A stretch of 64,000 bases of DNA from Azolla caroliniana (Eukaryota > Plantae > Polypodiophyta). A program made the translations under genes and the position numbers. Positions 62,057 through 64,000 of the stretch are shown one piece after another (position 1 is the stretch's first letter; the number at the start of each line of letters is the position of its first letter). Location: positions 10,416,001 through 10,480,000 of the forward strand of contig JBHGNT010000020.1 of assembly GCA_043228905.1 (NCBI GenBank). Direction: 5' to 3'. A model generated the notes under the pieces. It had not been told where the DNA came from and did no database searches. It worked only from the letters and a program-made list of their open reading frames with translations.

Positions 62057-64000
62057 AGCAAGAGAAGAAAAATATACAAAAATTTGTTGTAATATCGTCT
62101 TTCTTTTGTTATCATTTTATGTGGCGGAAATGGAAAAATTGTTACATGCTTTTAACTCAAAAGTTTTTTTATGGGCCCAACTATTTTATATCTGAGGACT
62201 ACCACAAACATACCAAAAAGAGCATATTTGCTCTGAAATGCAAGGCTATGTCCCTGCCAAAGAAATTCGTTTTACTAACTGCTAACTGATTTGATGTGGC
62301 AGCCGAAAATTTAGTCCATAAGTATATTTCTTACATAGGTCGGGTAGGGTACTAATGGTTGGAGAAAACATTATTCCATACATCGTTGCTTCTCTCTCTC
62401 TCTATTATTTATATATATTTAAAAATTGAATATTTTAGTGCTGCTTGCCAACCTGTGTGTATAGATACATACATACATACATACATACATAGGTAAATAG
62501 ATAACAAATTTGAACATTTGAGCATGGCTTACTATCTCCATGGGGATTATAAAAATAATTCAATTCATAATTGATCTAGCAAGATGGTAATACAATTTCT
62601 CTTTTGTCTCTTGCTTTCCTTTTCCATTAAATAATATGGTTGATGTTGGATAAAGACTTTGAGTGCTGCTTACCAACTCCATGGAGATTATGAAAATAAT
62701 TCAGTTTATATTTTAACTACAAAGATGATAATAAAATTTCTTGTCTCTTGCTCTCCTTTCCCATTAAATAACATGGTTGTGATAAACAATTGAGTATGTG
62801 TTGATTAAAAGTTATCTACTTGCATTCTTTTGGTTTTTGGTAATGCAAATTATTAGTAATGAATTGTAGGTTGCAAATGCAAATAAGTAATGGCTTAACA
62901 TGTGTCTCTATGCTTTATACGGAATGGTAGTATTGCCGTTGAATTACAAATATCACATACGAACAAGTTAAACCAAAATATCACGTGTTACTTCTTAATA
63001 GAAGTGTACAAATCCTCATGAAAGCAATATGCCAACAAAAGACCTAGGCTTGTTTTGAGGGCGGGTGATCAGAATTGCTTAAAAATGAAAGAAAGATCAT
63101 AGTTCAAAGTAGTTGGTTTAATAAACTCATGCTACAATAGCTTGAAGCATACGTACGTGTTTAGTAAATAATAATGTCCATTTTTGGGAGTTTCTAGGTT
63201 AAGACTATAAGAAAACAATATACACCCACTCTAGTTTACTATGATTCATAAAATGGTACATAGCGTTACCAAATTCTGGAATATTGCATGAAATGATGAG
63301 AGAATAATTTGGATAATCTCAATTTAACAATAGGGAATTTATTTGGAATATTTACATTATTTATATTTCATCTGATTTGATGCCTAGCTACTCTTCTTCT
63401 ATCATAAATTAGTTTGATCACCTCTTGAAAATATTTATTTTACCTTGCAAACTTGTCACAACTAGCTAATTTAAAATCTATTGATATTTTTCGCATTTAT
63501 CAAAATATAATTAAATTTTCCTATCTGCAAAGCTTGGCATTTCCTTTTAGTGTTTTTCAACAACATTTCAATAATTACATAAGGGTGGTATTTTGATAGA
63601 CTTGCCTAGATAACTAAATCAATGGAAAGGGATTCATTTTGTTGGCATTTCAAGACTTACATGGGCTGGATGACCTAAATGGCATTTAAAGAATGATTCA
63701 ATTGTTGGATGAACTTTGTGTTAGTGTCATTTCTAGGAGTGCTTGAACTGGCATTGATCTTGTAAGAAGACTTTGGGTGTCCTTTGGTAAGGGGCAATTG
63801 AGGAATGCTTGAATTATGAACACCCTTGGACATTGTTTATGTAAAAAGACATTTGGGTTTAACTTGGCTAGGGGCATTTTACGAGATATGAAATTGTTGT
63901 TGGCAATGCTATGTTAGAAGAGTATGAATGAACTTAGTGTGTGGCATTCTTTTGGGGAACAATTCGATTATGAGCATCACATGTGTAAGAAGAACACTCT

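Overview
Eukaryotic land-plant nuclear DNA, probably a fern or other non-seed plant (inferred from gene and TE content). There are two intact host genes: a 3-exon GASA/Snakin gene (4169-5249) and a 9-exon TONNEAU1 gene (55942-62056). There is also a PPR pseudogene. Between the genes lies about 46 kb of nested mobile DNA: a full-length L1-type LINE, two young intact copies of one Ty1/Copia family, several Ty3/Gypsy elements and solo LTRs. A hAT MITE lies upstream, at 341-774. The most unusual feature (about 9.8-24.1 kb) is a decayed DNA-transposon-like module of two divergent genes sharing about 820 bp of upstream DNA. One is a Sola-like DDD transposase with a putative C-terminal BAH-like domain. 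The other is a spliced gene encoding a ParB/Srx-like domain fused to a prokaryote-type beta-class N6A/N4C DNA amino-methyltransferase. Intron 1 of that gene carries a 7-unit palindrome array with a 51-bp period, plus the LINE that splits and hides the gene. Domain calls come from motif recognition by eye and need HMM confirmation.
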